The translations under genes and the position numbers were made by a program. The notes beneath the pieces are model-generated. The model was not told where the DNA came from and did not search any database. It worked only from the letters and a program-made list of their open reading frames with translations. 64,000 bases of DNA from an uncultured Gemmatimonadaceae bacterium (GTDB lineage Bacteria; Gemmatimonadota; Gemmatimonadetes; Gemmatimonadales; Gemmatimonadaceae), in contig CAWHHI010000004.1 of NCBI GenBank assembly GCA_963829055.1, positions 867,433 to 931,432 of the forward strand. Direction: 5' to 3'. Positions 19,385 through 30,898 of this stretch are shown piece after piece (the first letter of the stretch is position 1; every line of letters begins with the position of its first letter).

Positions 19385-22300
19385 ATGCACGCACCCTGGC
19401 GTTTGCTCGCCATTCTCACTGGGTTCGTTGTCGCCTACCTAGCGCCGCCGGGCCAGCTTAGAGCCCAGCAGGCTGTCACCATCACTGGCCGCGTCACCAC
19501 CGACGCTGGCGCCCCGCTATCGCTCGCCTCCGTCTATCTGGAAACGCTGGGTCTCGGTACCCAGACTGGTGAGGACGGGCGCTACCAGATCACCGTCCCC
19601 GCAGCGCGAGTCACCGGGCAGCAAGTGAGCCTCGGCGTTCGCGCGATCGGCTACCGCAACACGTCGTCACTGGTCACGCTGACGGGCGGAGCGATCACGA
19701 AGGACTTCACGCTCGCCGCCAACCCGCTGCGGCTCGGCGAGGTTGTTGTCACCGGCTCGGGCACGTCCACGACGGTCGAGAAGCTCGGCAACTCGATCAA
19801 CTCGGTCAAATCCGAGGACGTGCGGAAATCCAACGAGCCGAACATCGTCAACGCGCTCGCGGCGAAGGCGCCCGGTGTCGAGATCACCTCGCAGGCGGGC
19901 GACCCCGGGGCCGGCTCATCGATCATCATCCGCGGGCTCAAGACCATTCAGGGTGACGGCCAGCCGCTGTTCGTCATCGACGGCCAGCCGATCGACAACT
20001 CGACGCTGGCCACGAGCGAGCTACCCGACGGGTCGACCGCGTACACCAACCGCGCGGCCGACATCAACCCTAACGACATCGAGTCGATCGAGATCCTGAA
20101 GGGAGCCGCAGCGTCGGCGATCTACGGCGCGCGCGCCGCGCAGGGCGTCGTCCTCATCACGACCAAGAGTGGCCGAGCGGGGCAGACCCGCTACTCGCTC
20201 CGCTCGTCGTTCGGGATGGACAATGTCAACAAGTCGATTCCGCTGCAGCGGAGCTATGGGCGCGGGCAGGAAGGCAGCGCCACACTGGCGGCCTGCGACG
20301 GACTCGGATGCTACCCGACCGCCTCGAGCTGGGGCCCGAAGCTCGACGGATCGACCAAGACGTTCGACCACTGGAACGAGGCGTTCTCGACGGGGAACAC
20401 CTACGACAATGTGCTCGACATCTCGGGAGGTGACGATCGCCGGACGTTCTACGCTTCCCTCGGCAACACGTATCAGAACGGAACCATCGTCGGCGATCAC
20501 GACACGTACAACCGGACGACGGGGCGTCTCAAGGCGACTCAGTTCTTCGGCAACACGCTGCGTGTCGGCGGCAACATCTCGTACATGGATGTTCGCGCGC
20601 GCTATGTCCAGAAAGGGAACAACCTCAACGGCATCCTGCTCGGGCTCGCGCGTACGCCGCCGGACTTCGACAACTTCCCCTACGTCGTCGACGGGCTCCA
20701 CCGATCGTATCGCTACCCGAACCCGGACCCGGCCGACCCGCTGGCGGACCGCGTGTACGACAACCCGTTCTGGGTCATCAACCGCGACGAAAACACGTCG
20801 GACGTGAACCGAGCCATCGGGAACTTCGACATCAGCTGGGATGCGTTGCAGTGGCTCAACCTCAAGTACACGTTCGGCGCGGACTACTCGTCCGACCAGC
20901 GGATCTCGGGGCTTCCGCCACAGAGCTCCGGTGACGCGCTCACGGGCCAACTCTGGCAGGGCGCGTACACCAACCTGCAGATCGACGGCAACTTCGTGGC
21001 GACCGCACAGAAGAAGTGGAGCGACGCGTTCAACACGACGTTCACGTTAGGCCAGAACCTGAACAGCCGCGATCTGCGCCAGGTTCAGGCGAAGGGGACG
21101 ACGTACATCGATCCGGACCTCTTCACGCTGAACAACACCGTCAACTCGAACATGCAGGCGCAGAACTACAGCTCGCTCGTGCGCGTCGCGGGCTACTTCG
21201 CGCAGGCGGGCGTCGATCTGTGGGATCAGCTGTACCTGACCGCGGCAGTTCGTGCCGACCAGTCATCGACGTTCCCGAAGGCGGACCGGACGAACTACTA
21301 CCCGAAGGCGAGCCTCGCGTGGAACGCGTTCGGCACCGGCTCACGGGGAGCTGTCGGACCGCTCAGCTATCTGAAGCTCCGTGGGGCGTACGGCGCCGTG
21401 GGGCGCGAACCGCTCGCCTATCAGATCCTCGATGCGTTCAGTAACGGTGCCGCCTTGCTGGACTACGGCGGCGGGTCGACCAGCCCGACACAGAACGGCA
21501 AGGGTGGACTCGTCAGCGATACCGTGAAGGGCGCGCCGACCCTCAAACCGGAGCGCACCAGCGAGTTCGAAGGAGGGTTCGACTTCGGGCTGTTCAACCA
21601 GCGCATCGACGGCGGCGTCACGCTGTACAACGCCAAGACCACCGACGTGATCTTCTTCACGCCCATTGCGGTGTCCACCGGCTACAAGAACGTGACGAGC
21701 AACGGTGGCGAGATCACGAACAAGGGGCTCGAGATCTCACTGAACGGGCGTGCGCTCGAGGGCAACCGGCTTCGGTGGGAAATCGGCGTCAACTGGGCGA
21801 CGAACACGAACAAGCTCACGCAGCTGCAGGGGGCGGATTACGTCGGCCTCACCGGCGGCTTCGGCAACAGCGTCGCCGTGAAAGGACAGCCGTTAGGCAC
21901 GTTCTACGGCACCGACTGGGTGCGCTGCCGCTACGGTGTCGCCGACGCGGATAACGGGCAGTCCACGAGCCTCGGCCAGAGCACGGACATCAACGCGCTG
22001 TGCCGCGCCGCGAACGCACCCGACGGCGCGCTGTTCGTCGACGCGAATGGGTTCCCGCTCCTCGATCCGGCGAATCGTGTCCTCGGCGATCCGAATCCGG
22101 ACTGGATTTCGGGGATTCGGAACACGTTCACGCTCTTCAAGAAGCTTCAGATCGGTACCCTCGTCGACATCAAGAAGGGCGGCGTGAACTGGAACGGCAC
22201 TCGCCTCGCGCTCCAGCGATTCGGGACCGTCGGGAGCACCGCGGTTCGCGCCGACTGCAGCGGGGGGGTCGCCGCGTGCACCGGCAACGAGAAGATCTTC

Positions 22301-22681
22301 GGGCAGACCATCGAGAAGAGCCGGGGGGCCGTCGGCCCTGGCGCCGGAAAGTCGGTGCCGATCGGGGAGAATTGGTGGCGTGCCGGCCTGGGGAACAATT
22401 TCAACGGCCCCGTGGGTCAGGGTGTCGAGGACGCGAGCTACGTGAAGCTGCGTGAGATCTCCGCGGCGTACACGTGGGAGAACGCGCGCGTCCGCAACCT
22501 CACCGGCTTCACCGCTATGGAGTTCCGGCTCGCCGCGCGCAACCTGCACACGTGGACGGACTACAGCGGCGTGGATCCCGAGACGAACCTCGAAGGCTCG
22601 TACGGCATCGGGCGCGGTCAGGACTACTTCAACAACCCGCAGACACGCTCGCTGATCTTCAGCATCAACCTCACGCACTAG
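19385..22681 (+). CDS. SusC/RagA family TonB-dependent receptor (copy 1)
   Basis: N-terminal extension domain, EVVVTG, PLFVIDG, DINPNDIESIEILKGAAASAIYGARAAQGV, YVKLREIS. GGAGG RBS. Confidence 0.95.
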   Translation: MHAPWRLLAILTGFVVAYLAPPGQLRAQQAVTITGRVTTDAGAPLSLASVYLETLGLGTQTGEDGRYQITVPAARVTGQQVSLGVRAIGYRNTSSLVTLTGGAITKDFTLAANPLRLGEVVVTGSGTSTTVEKLGNSINSVKSEDVRKSNEPNIVNALAAKAPGVEITSQAGDPGAGSSIIIRGLKTIQGDGQPLFVIDGQPIDNSTLATSELPDGSTAYTNRAADINPNDIESIEILKGAAASAIYGARAAQGVVLITTKSGRAGQTRYSLRSSFGMDNVNKSIPLQRSYGRGQEGSATLAACDGLGCYPTASSWGPKLDGSTKTFDHWNEAFSTGNTYDNVLDISGGDDRRTFYASLGNTYQNGTIVGDHDTYNRTTGRLKATQFFGNTLRVGGNISYMDVRARYVQKGNNLNGILLGLARTPPDFDNFPYVVDGLHRSYRYPNPDPADPLADRVYDNPFWVINRDENTSDVNRAIGNFDISWDALQWLNLKYTFGADYSSDQRISGLPPQSSGDALTGQLWQGAYTNLQIDGNFVATAQKKWSDAFNTTFTLGQNLNSRDLRQVQAKGTTYIDPDLFTLNNTVNSNMQAQNYSSLVRVAGYFAQAGVDLWDQLYLTAAVRADQSSTFPKADRTNYYPKASLAWNAFGTGSRGAVGPLSYLKLRGAYGAVGREPLAYQILDAFSNGAALLDYGGGSTSPTQNGKGGLVSDTVKGAPTLKPERTSEFEGGFDFGLFNQRIDGGVTLYNAKTTDVIFFTPIAVSTGYKNVTSNGGEITNKGLEISLNGRALEGNRLRWEIGVNWATNTNKLTQLQGADYVGLTGGFGNSVAVKGQPLGTFYGTDWVRCRYGVADADNGQSTSLGQSTDINALCRAANAPDGALFVDANGFPLLDPANRVLGDPNPDWISGIRNTFTLFKKLQIGTLVDIKKGGVNWNGTRLALQRFGTVGSTAVRADCSGGVAACTGNEKIFGQTIEKSRGAVGPGAGKSVPIGENWWRAGLGNNFNGPVGQGVEDASYVKLREISAAYTWENARVRNLTGFTAMEFRLAARNLHTWTDYSGVDPETNLEGSYGIGRGQDYFNNPQTRSLIFSINLTH

Positions 22682-22699
22682 AGCCACGGAGGACTCGTT

Positions 22700-24080
22700 A
22701 TGCGCCTGCGCAATTCCGTCGCGCTCTGCGCGATCGTGGCGTGCGGCCTCCTGGCCAGCGCCTGTTCCGACGGTTACTTCGAAGGCCCTCGTCTCGACGA
22801 GAACCCGAACAAACCGTCCAATGCCGGCGCCGATCAGCAGTTCATCGGCTTCCAGGCATTCTCGTTCTACGCCCTGACCGGCGACGTGAATCGTGTCGTC
22901 AGCCTGTTCATGCAGCAGATGGCGGGCACCGGCAGGCAGTGGGCTGGCTACGACCAGTATCAGGTCACCGAGAACGATTTCACCATGTCCGCCTACTATG
23001 CACAGGGTGGCCTCGTCGACATCCGCGGTGTGGAGAAGAAGGTGGAGGACAACAAACCCTATCTCGGCGTCGCCCAGACGTGGGAAGCGTTGGTGATGGA
23101 CGTCGCCAGCGACGTGTGGGGTGACATCCCGTACTCAGAGGCGGTCACGGACGCGAAGAACCCGAAGCTCGACAAGCAGATCGATGTGCATAACGCGTTG
23201 CTCGCGCTCCTCGACCGGGCCATCGCGAACATCAACGGTGCCGGCCCTGGCGTGCCCGCGGGGGTCGACCTCGTCTTCGATGGAAGCAAGACGGAGTGGA
23301 CAGCAGGCCGCGCACACGCTCAAGGCGCGCCTGTACATGCACCTGGCCGAGTCCGATCCGGCCAATTATGCAAAGGCCCTGACGGAGACGAATTCGGGCA
23401 TCGCATCCAGTGCGAACGACTTCACCACGTACCACAGCGGCACCACTGGGGAAGCGAACCACTGGAATCAGTTCCGCATCCAGCGCGGTACGGACATCAG
23501 TGCCGGGAAGTTCCTCGTTGACTTGATGAAGCAGCGGAACGACCCGCGGCTGATGACGTACTTCAGCCCTGGCGCCAGTGCGGGCGGCCAGGTCATCGGT
23601 GCCTCGCCCGGCCAGGAGTTCGATGGGCGGCAGGCATGGCTGTCGGCCACGCGCGGCGCGCCAGAATTCCGGCAGCCGGTGCTCACGTTCGCCGAGAACC
23701 AGCTTATCCGCGCCGAGGCGCAGTATCGAACCGGAGCGCAACCGGCGGCGCTCGCGACGCTGAATGGCTACCGCGCGAGCGTGGGTCTTCCGGCAAAGGC
23801 GGGACTCAGTGGCGCTCCATTGCTGGCGGCGATTCTGGAGGAGAAGTACGTGGCGCTGTTCCAGAACACCGAGGTGTGGAACGATTATCGTCGCACGTGC
23901 TATCCGAACCTCGCGCCGGCTGCTGGCACCTTCATCCCCGCGCGGCTGGTGTACGGAACGGACGAGCGACGGGCGAATCCCAACATCCCGTCACCGTCGC
24001 AGCAGCCGCGGCGGAACCAGGCCGACCTCGCGACAGCCACGTCGGTCGATGGCTCACCTTGTCTCGGTACCGGGTCGTGA
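22700..24080 (+). CDS. SusD/RagB family lipoprotein (copy 1), frameshift near 23300
   Basis: Lipobox LASAC, ENPN, WGDIPYSEA, EEKYVALF, WNDYRR. Confidence 0.9.
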
Positions 24081-24170
24081 GGAGGACCTGACCCACACCC
24101 AGACTTGACCCACCCCGTGCGCAGGCCGCCGTCGCGTTAGGCGCGCCGCGCGGCGGCACGAGGCAATGTG

Positions 24171-24204
24171 CGACGCCCCCGGAGCTCGAGCTCCGGGGGC
24201 GTCG
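24171..24204. terminator. Palindromic hairpin between SusD1 and the SusC2 promoter
   Basis: CGACGCCCCCGGAGCTCGAGCTCCGGGGGCGTCG, related to the hairpin at 19049. Confidence 0.5.
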
Positions 24205-24261
24205 TCACGTTGGGCGGCCGAGGCTCGACCCGTTACGGCCGGCCCTGCCTCTGACACATCG

Positions 24262-24291
24262 TTGACACGTTGAGTCGCCCTTCCGTATCGT
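24262..24291 (+). promoter_or_regulatory. Sigma70-type promoter for SusC2
   Basis: TTGACA-18 nt-TATCGT, with flanks (ACACAT.G, CCG, CTC) shared with the 19147 promoter. Confidence 0.6.
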
Positions 24292-24493
24292 CTCACCACC
24301 GTTCGCCACGGTCTGACACGATTCATCACGGTTCGTCCCACGGTCGCGCCGTGTGACATCTGGTCCGACCGCCAGTCCATAGAACCAACGTCACCTCTAA
24401 CCGGAGACTTTGCAGCACCGGACGTCCTCGACCGGCTCCGGCCGGATCGCGCTCGCGCTTCTCTTGTTCGATGGATCCACCGAAGGAGGGTCG

Positions 24494-27400
24494 ATGCGGT
24501 CATCCTGGCGTTTGCTCGGCATTCTCGCGGTTTCACTCGGCTCGGGGCTCGCGCGCCCGGAGTCTGCCCACGCTCAACAATCAGCAGTCTACGGTCTCCG
24601 GCCGCGTCACGAACGAGGCGGGCGCGCCGCTCTCGCTCGCGTCGGTCTACATCGAGACCCTCGGCCTCGGCACGCAGACGGCCGAGGACGGACGATACCA
24701 ACTGACGATCCCGGCGGCCCGCGTCCACGGTCAGCAGGTCGTCCTCGGTGTTCGAGCGATCGGTTTCCGTAACACGACAGCGACTATCTCGCTGACCGAG
24801 ACGACGATCTCCAAGGACTTCACGCTCGCGGCGAATCCGCTTCGACTCGGCGAGGTCGTCATCACCGGATCAGGCACATCGACGACCGTCGAGAAGCTTG
24901 GGAACTCGATCAACTCGGTGAAGGCAGCCGAGATCCAGAAGTCGAGCGAGCCGAACATCGTCAACACGCTCGCCGCCAAAGCGCCCGGCGTCGAGGTGAC
25001 GTCCGCGTCCGGTGATCCGGGTGCTGGGTCGTCCATCATCATCCGCGGCATCAAGACGATCCAGGGCGATGCCCAGCCGCTCTTCGTCGTCGACGGCCAG
25101 CCCATCGACAACACCACGACGTCGACCAACCCGAACGACTTCAGCGCGAGCACCGCGGCGACGAACCGCGCCGCCGACATCAACCCGAACGACATCGAGT
25201 CGATCGAGATCCTCAAGGGCGCGGCCGCCTCGGCCATCTACGGCGCGCGCGCGGCGCAGGGCGTCATCCTCATCACCACGAAGAGCGGCCGCGCCGGACA
25301 GACGCGCTACTCGCTGCGCTCGAACTCGACGTGGGACGACGTCAACAAGAGCATCCCGCTCCAGCGCTCGTACGGCCGGGGCGAGATCGGAAGTGCGGCA
25401 AAGGCTGCGTGCGCGAGGCCCAGGGTGCACGCCCACCTCTTCGACCTGGGGTCCCGCGGTGGCCTCCGGGACGCCCACCTACGACCACTGGGGCGAGGCG
25501 TTCAACACCGGAAACACGTTCGACAACGTGCTGTCGGTGAGCGGTGGCGACGACCGACGTACGTTCTTCATCTCCGCCGGCAACACGTCGCAGAACGGCA
25601 CCATCGTCGGTGACCACGACAAGTACAACCGAACGACGGGCCGGCTCAAGGCGACACAGCTGATCGGCAACAAGCTGCGCGTCGGCGGGAACGTGACGTA
25701 CTCCGACGTGCGCTCGGACTACGTGCAGAAGGGAAACAACCTGAATGGACTCCTGCTGGGGCTCGCCCGTACCCCACCCGACTTCAACAACTTCCCCTAC
25801 GTCGTCGACGGGCTGCATCGCTCGTACCGCTACCCGAACCCGGCGAATTCGACCGACGACCGCGTTTACGACAACCCGTTCTGGGTCATCAACGAGGACC
25901 GGAACACGTCGACCGTCGGGCGCGCGATCGGGAACTTCAACATCGACTGGGACGCGCTGAGCTGGTTGAACGTGAAGTACACGTTAGGCGCCGACCATGC
26001 CTCCGACGAGCGGATCGAAGGCCTCCCGCCGCAGAGCGCTGGGTATGATGGCGGCACGATCTGGCAGGGCACGTACAACGCGCTGCAACTCGACCACAAC
26101 CTGGTCGCCACGGCTCAGCACAAGTGGAGCGATGCCTTCGCGACAACGTTCACCCTCGGCCAGAACCTGAATAGCCGCAACCAGCGCATCGTGCAGGCGA
26201 ACGGGACGACATTCATCGACCCCGAGCTGTTCACGTTGAACAACACGGTCAGCACGAACCTGCAGCCGCAGAACTACGCGTCGACGGTTCGCATTGCCGG
26301 CTACTTCGGCCAACTCGGCGTCGACGCCTGGGACCGCCTGTACCTCACCGCCGCGGTGCGCGCAGACCAGTCGTCCACGTTCCCGAAAGAGGACCGCACG
26401 AACTACTACCCGAAGGCAAGCCTCGCCTGGAATGCCATCGGCGGCTCGCGTCCGCCCATGGGACCGGTCAGCTATCTGAAGCTGCGCACCGCCTACGGCG
26501 CCGTGGGTCGAGAGCCGAACGCATACCAGATTCTCGACACGTTCCTTGGAGGTGCCATCCCCATCGACTACGGAACGGGCTCCACGAGCCCCACCCAGGG
26601 CGGCAACGGTGGTCTATACAGCAGCTCCGTGAAGGGTGCGCCGCGTCTCAAGCCCGAGCGCACGGCGGAAGCCGAGGTCGGGATCGACTTCGGGCTATTC
26701 AATCAGAAGGTCGACGGGTCCGTCACCTATTACGACGCCAACACGAGCGACGTGATCTTCTCGCTTCCGGTGCCCGTCTCGACGGGGTACCAGAACGTCA
26801 CGTCCAACGGCGGCAAGATTACCAACAAGGGGATCGAGGTCGTTCTCAACTGGCGCGCGCTCGACATCCAAAACCTGCAGTGGGAGATCGGCGGGAACTG
26901 GGCGCAGAATCGCAACCGGCTGGTCGAGCTGCAGGGTGCCGACTACGTCGGGATTACCGGCGGGTTCGGCGTCTCCACGGCTGTAAAGGGCGAGCCGTTA
27001 GGCACCTTCTACGGCACCGACTGGATCCGCTGTCGTTACGAGGTGGCTGACGCGGACAACCACACGACGAACGCGGCGGGCGCGGACGTCGATGTCAACG
27101 CACTCTGTCGCTCGACCAACGCTGCCGACCACTCGCTGTACGTGGACGCCGATGGCTTCCCTCTCATCGACAATGCGAACCGCGTGATCGGCAACCCGAA
27201 TCCGCAGTGGATTGGGGGACTTCGAAACACGTTCACGCTCTTCAAGAAATTCCAGATCTCCTCGCTCGTGGACGTGAAGAAGGGCGGCCAGAACTGGAAT
27301 GGAACGCGCCTCGCGCTTCAGCGCTTCGGCACCAGCAGCTACACGAATCCCCGCGCCGACTGCAGCGCCGGCCTCGACAAGTGCGTGGGCAACGAGAAAG

Positions 27401-27786
27401 TCTTCGGGCAGACGATCGAGAAGAGCCCCGGCGTCGTCGGGCCGGGCGCGAACAAGTCGGTCCCGATTGGAGAGAATTGGTGGCGCGCAGGCCTCGGCAA
27501 CAACTTCAACGGGCCGACCGGCCAGGGTGTCGAGAACGCCGGCTACGTGAAGCTGCGCGAGATCTCGATCGCGTATACGCTCGACAATGCGCGTGTCCGC
27601 TCGATGACCGGTCTCGCGTCGGTCGACATCAGGCTTGGCGCCCGGAACATCTACACGTGGAGTGACTACAAAGGCGTCGACCCCGAGACCAATCTCGAGG
27701 GATCGTTAGGCATCGGCCGCGGCCAGGACTACTTCAACAACCCGCAGACGCGCTCGCTTACGTTCACCATTGGACTCAACCGATGA
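24494..27786 (+). CDS. SusC/RagA family TonB-dependent receptor (copy 2), two frameshifts (~24580, ~25415)
   Basis: Three ORF pieces are colinear with copy 1 and closely similar to it. Confidence 0.92.
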
Positions 27787-27806
27787 CGCGCCGGAGGAAT
27801 GCCCGC

Positions 27807-29177
27807 ATGCGTATGCGCATATCCGCGGCGATCTCGGCGATCACGGTCGCTGGCATCGTCGCTGGCTGCAACGATTATTTCGAAGGCCCCGGGGTCAGCG
27901 AGAATCCGAACTCGCCTTCCAAGGCCACGGCCGACCAACAGTTCACCGGCTTCCAGGCGTTCGCGTTCTACAACCTGACCGGTGACGTGAACCGGCTGAT
28001 CAGCATGTGGACCCAGCAGATGGCCGGCACCGGCCGCCAGTGGGCGGGCTACGACAAGTACGTCGTGACCGAGAACGACTTCACGTTCGGCGGCTACTAC
28101 ACCGGTGGCGGTCTGGTCGACATCCGGGGTCTCCAGACCAAGGTCAAGGACGACAAGTTGTATTTCGGCGTCGCGCAAACCTGGGAAGCGCTGACGATGG
28201 ATCTCGTCTCGGATGTCTGGGGCGATATCCCCTACTCCGAAGCGGCGGGCGACGTGCTCCTGCCAAAGCTCGACAAGCAGCTCGACGTGCACAACGCGTT
28301 GCTCGCGCTGCTGGATCAGGCGCTCACTAACCTGACCGCCGGCGGGGCTGGGCCGGGGGCCGTCGATCTGGTCTACGGCGGCGACAAGGCCAAGTGGATC
28401 GCTGCCGCGCACACGCTGAAGGCGCGGCTCTACATGCACCTCGCGGAGCTGGACGCGTCGAACTACGCGAAGGCGCTCACCGAGACCAACGCGGGCATCT
28501 CGTCAGCGGCCGGCGATTTCACGACGTACCACAGCGGTTCGACGGGTGAGAACAATCACTGGAATCAGTTCCGCCTCGGTCGGGGCACCGACATCAGCGC
28601 CGGAAAGTTTTTCGTCGACTTGATGAAGTCCCGCACCGATCCGCGGCTGACCGCGTATTTCGCGCCCGGATCTGACGCGGGTGGCGTCATCAAGGGAGCG
28701 CCTCCGGGTGAGGAGTACGACGGCACCCAGGCGTGGCTCTCGGAGGTCCGCGGCGCAGCCGAGTTCCGTCAGCCGATCCTGACGTTCGCCGAGAATCAGA
28801 TGATTCGCGCCGAGGCGCAGTATCGTACGAATGCGCAGGCGGCGGCACTCGCGACGTTGAATGCGTATCGTGCCAGCGTGGGCCTTGCCGCGAAGAGCGG
28901 GCTCACTGGCGCCGCGTTGCTGCAGGCCATCATGGAGGAAAAGTACGTCGCGCTGTTCCAGAACACCGAAGTTTGGAATGACTACCGCCGCACGTGCTAT
29001 CCGAACCTAACGCCAGCTGCGGGCTCGTCCATCCCCGCGCGCCTCGTTTATGGAACTGACGAGCGTCGGGCCAACCCGAACATTCCGTCGCCGTCGCAGC
29101 AGCCGAAGCGCAACCAGCTCGACCCCGCAACGACGACCGCGATCGATGGCTCGAAATGTCTCGGAACAGGGACCTGA
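27807..29177 (+). CDS. SusD/RagB family lipoprotein (copy 2)
   Basis: Lipobox VAGC. Close paralog of SusD1. Confidence 0.93.
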   Translation: MRMRISAAISAITVAGIVAGCNDYFEGPGVSENPNSPSKATADQQFTGFQAFAFYNLTGDVNRLISMWTQQMAGTGRQWAGYDKYVVTENDFTFGGYYTGGGLVDIRGLQTKVKDDKLYFGVAQTWEALTMDLVSDVWGDIPYSEAAGDVLLPKLDKQLDVHNALLALLDQALTNLTAGGAGPGAVDLVYGGDKAKWIAAAHTLKARLYMHLAELDASNYAKALTETNAGISSAAGDFTTYHSGSTGENNHWNQFRLGRGTDISAGKFFVDLMKSRTDPRLTAYFAPGSDAGGVIKGAPPGEEYDGTQAWLSEVRGAAEFRQPILTFAENQMIRAEAQYRTNAQAAALATLNAYRASVGLAAKSGLTGAALLQAIMEEKYVALFQNTEVWNDYRRTCYPNLTPAAGSSIPARLVYGTDERRANPNIPSPSQQPKRNQLDPATTTAIDGSKCLGTGT

Positions 29178-29230
29178 GCCTGTGAACGGCAATGGTTTGA
29201 ACTCGAACGTGTTGCAGGACTGCACGACAG

Positions 29231-29258
29231 CGGCCCCCGACCGATCGGTCGGGGGCCG
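29231..29258. terminator. Hairpin after SusD2
   Basis: CGGCCCCCGACCGATCGGTCGGGGGCCG is a perfect palindrome. Confidence 0.5.
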
Positions 29259-29374
29259 CCGTCTAGTCCAGCCGTCGCGCCAGCGGCTGCGAACGCCGGC
29301 GAGTGCGGACATCCGCTCCCGGCACCGAGGTCCGGAGGCCATCTTGCAGGGGAACCAGCTAGCCGAGAGGTACC

Positions 29375-29848
29375 TTGAGTTCTCGAATTGCCAGCCCGCT
29401 TCGGAGGGGGCTCGCCGTCATGATGGCGGCGAGCACCGTGCTCAGCGGCGCGTGCTACCGATACACGCCGATCGACTCGCCGTCGCCGGCGTTAGGCACG
29501 GAAGTGCGCGTACGGCTCACCGACGCAGGGGCCATCACCCTTGCCCCGCTCGTCGGGAACCGCATTGAGGTCGTCGACGGTCGCATCTCGTCGATCGCGG
29601 ACACGGCGGTCACGCTCTCGGTGACCGGAACCACGGACCGACTCGGGAGCGAGGTCACCTGGAAGGGTGAACAGGTCAGCTTCCCCCGCTCGGCCGTCGC
29701 TGGCCTCGAGCAGCGCTCGCTCGATCGCGGTAAGAGCTATCTGGCCGGCGGGATCGCGGCCGGATTGGTCGTTGCGGTCGGCATCGGCTTCAGCATTAGC
29801 GGCGACGGCGGTGGCGGCAAGACAGGCGGAACCGGGTCACCCAAGTAG
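29375..29848 (+). CDS. Hypothetical lipoprotein with C-terminal TM segment
   Basis: LSGAC lipobox-like motif, small beta domain, hydrophobic C-terminus. Confidence 0.7.
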   Translation: MSSRIASPLRRGLAVMMAASTVLSGACYRYTPIDSPSPALGTEVRVRLTDAGAITLAPLVGNRIEVVDGRISSIADTAVTLSVTGTTDRLGSEVTWKGEQVSFPRSAVAGLEQRSLDRGKSYLAGGIAAGLVVAVGIGFSISGDGGGGKTGGTGSPK

Positions 29849-29871
29849 AGCGATCCGTTGCACGCAGCGCT

Positions 29872-30774
29872 CTAGTCCGGGATCGCGTCTGCCAGGACGT
29901 AGGTCATCGGATTCACGACCTTCCCGTTGATGTGCAGCTCGTAGTGCAGGTGCGGTCCGGTCGCGAGGCCCGTGCTGCCCACCGCCGCAATGCGCTGCCC
30001 CCGCGTCACGTGCTGGTTGGCGCGGACATCGATGCGCGAGCAGTGTGCATAACGAGTGACGATGCCGTTGCCGTGGTCGATCTCGAGCACGTTGCCGTAC
30101 CCGTTCTCGTACCCGACCTTCGTGACCGTGCCTGACGCCGGTGCGACGATCGGCGCGCCCATTGGCGCCGCGACGTCGATCCCCTCGTGCGGACGCGTCG
30201 TGTGCAGCAGCGGGTGCACGCGCGCGCGCGAGAACTGACTCGTGAGCCACCCCGCTGTCGGCATGATCGATGGCACGCTCGCGAACCGCTTCGTATTGAG
30301 CTCGAGCGAGTCCGTCACCGCGGCGAACCGCGCCGAGAGGAGATCTGCGCGCTGGATCAGCGTCTCGACGTCGGCGTGCGTGGGAGCGGCCGTGGCGCTG
30401 TCGCCGGCCGCGACGTCGCCCCCGGCCGCGATCGCAGCCGCGGAATCCGTCGACGGCAGTCCGGCGAGCAATCGGATCTGCGCCTCACGCTTGCGAATCA
30501 CATTGAGCGTGTCGCGCAATGACGCGACGCGTTGCGCAACTTCAGCGACATCGCGCGGGCGCGAGCTCATCGCGTTCGCTTCGGTCGGACGAATCGCGGA
30601 CGAGATGTAGCGCCCCGTCGTCGCGACAGCGGTGCCGAATCCCACGATCACCACGGCACCGAGCACCGATCCCGCGTACACCGCGGCGCGCACCGCGCGC
30701 TCGCTGATCGAGAAGCTGCGCGGCGAATCACTCCCGTGTGGAACGACCATCACGGTCCAACGACGATCCGCCAT
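29872..30774 (-). CDS. M23 family metallopeptidase
   Basis: HEGIDVAA, TRYAH, GSTGLATGPHLHYE. N-terminal TM plus coiled coil. Confidence 0.92.
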   Translation of the reverse strand: MADRRWTVMVVPHGSDSPRSFSISERAVRAAVYAGSVLGAVVIVGFGTAVATTGRYISSAIRPTEANAMSSRPRDVAEVAQRVASLRDTLNVIRKREAQIRLLAGLPSTDSAAAIAAGGDVAAGDSATAAPTHADVETLIQRADLLSARFAAVTDSLELNTKRFASVPSIMPTAGWLTSQFSRARVHPLLHTTRPHEGIDVAAPMGAPIVAPASGTVTKVGYENGYGNVLEIDHGNGIVTRYAHCSRIDVRANQHVTRGQRIAAVGSTGLATGPHLHYELHINGKVVNPMTYVLADAIPD

Positions 30775-30898
30775 GCGGCTGCACTCCTCGAATACGGGAA
30801 CCCGTCTGCAAGACGGCTCTCGAACGACCCCGTAACGATACGTGCTGACACCGTGATGCGAGGGTGACGCGAGGCACGCAACGAGTGTGCAATTTGCT

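Noticed and set aside
19252..19461. Leader peptide upstream of SusC1 (AGGAG + ATG)
   Set aside because: It overlaps the SusC start out of frame, has no counterpart before SusC2 and shows no recognisable features.
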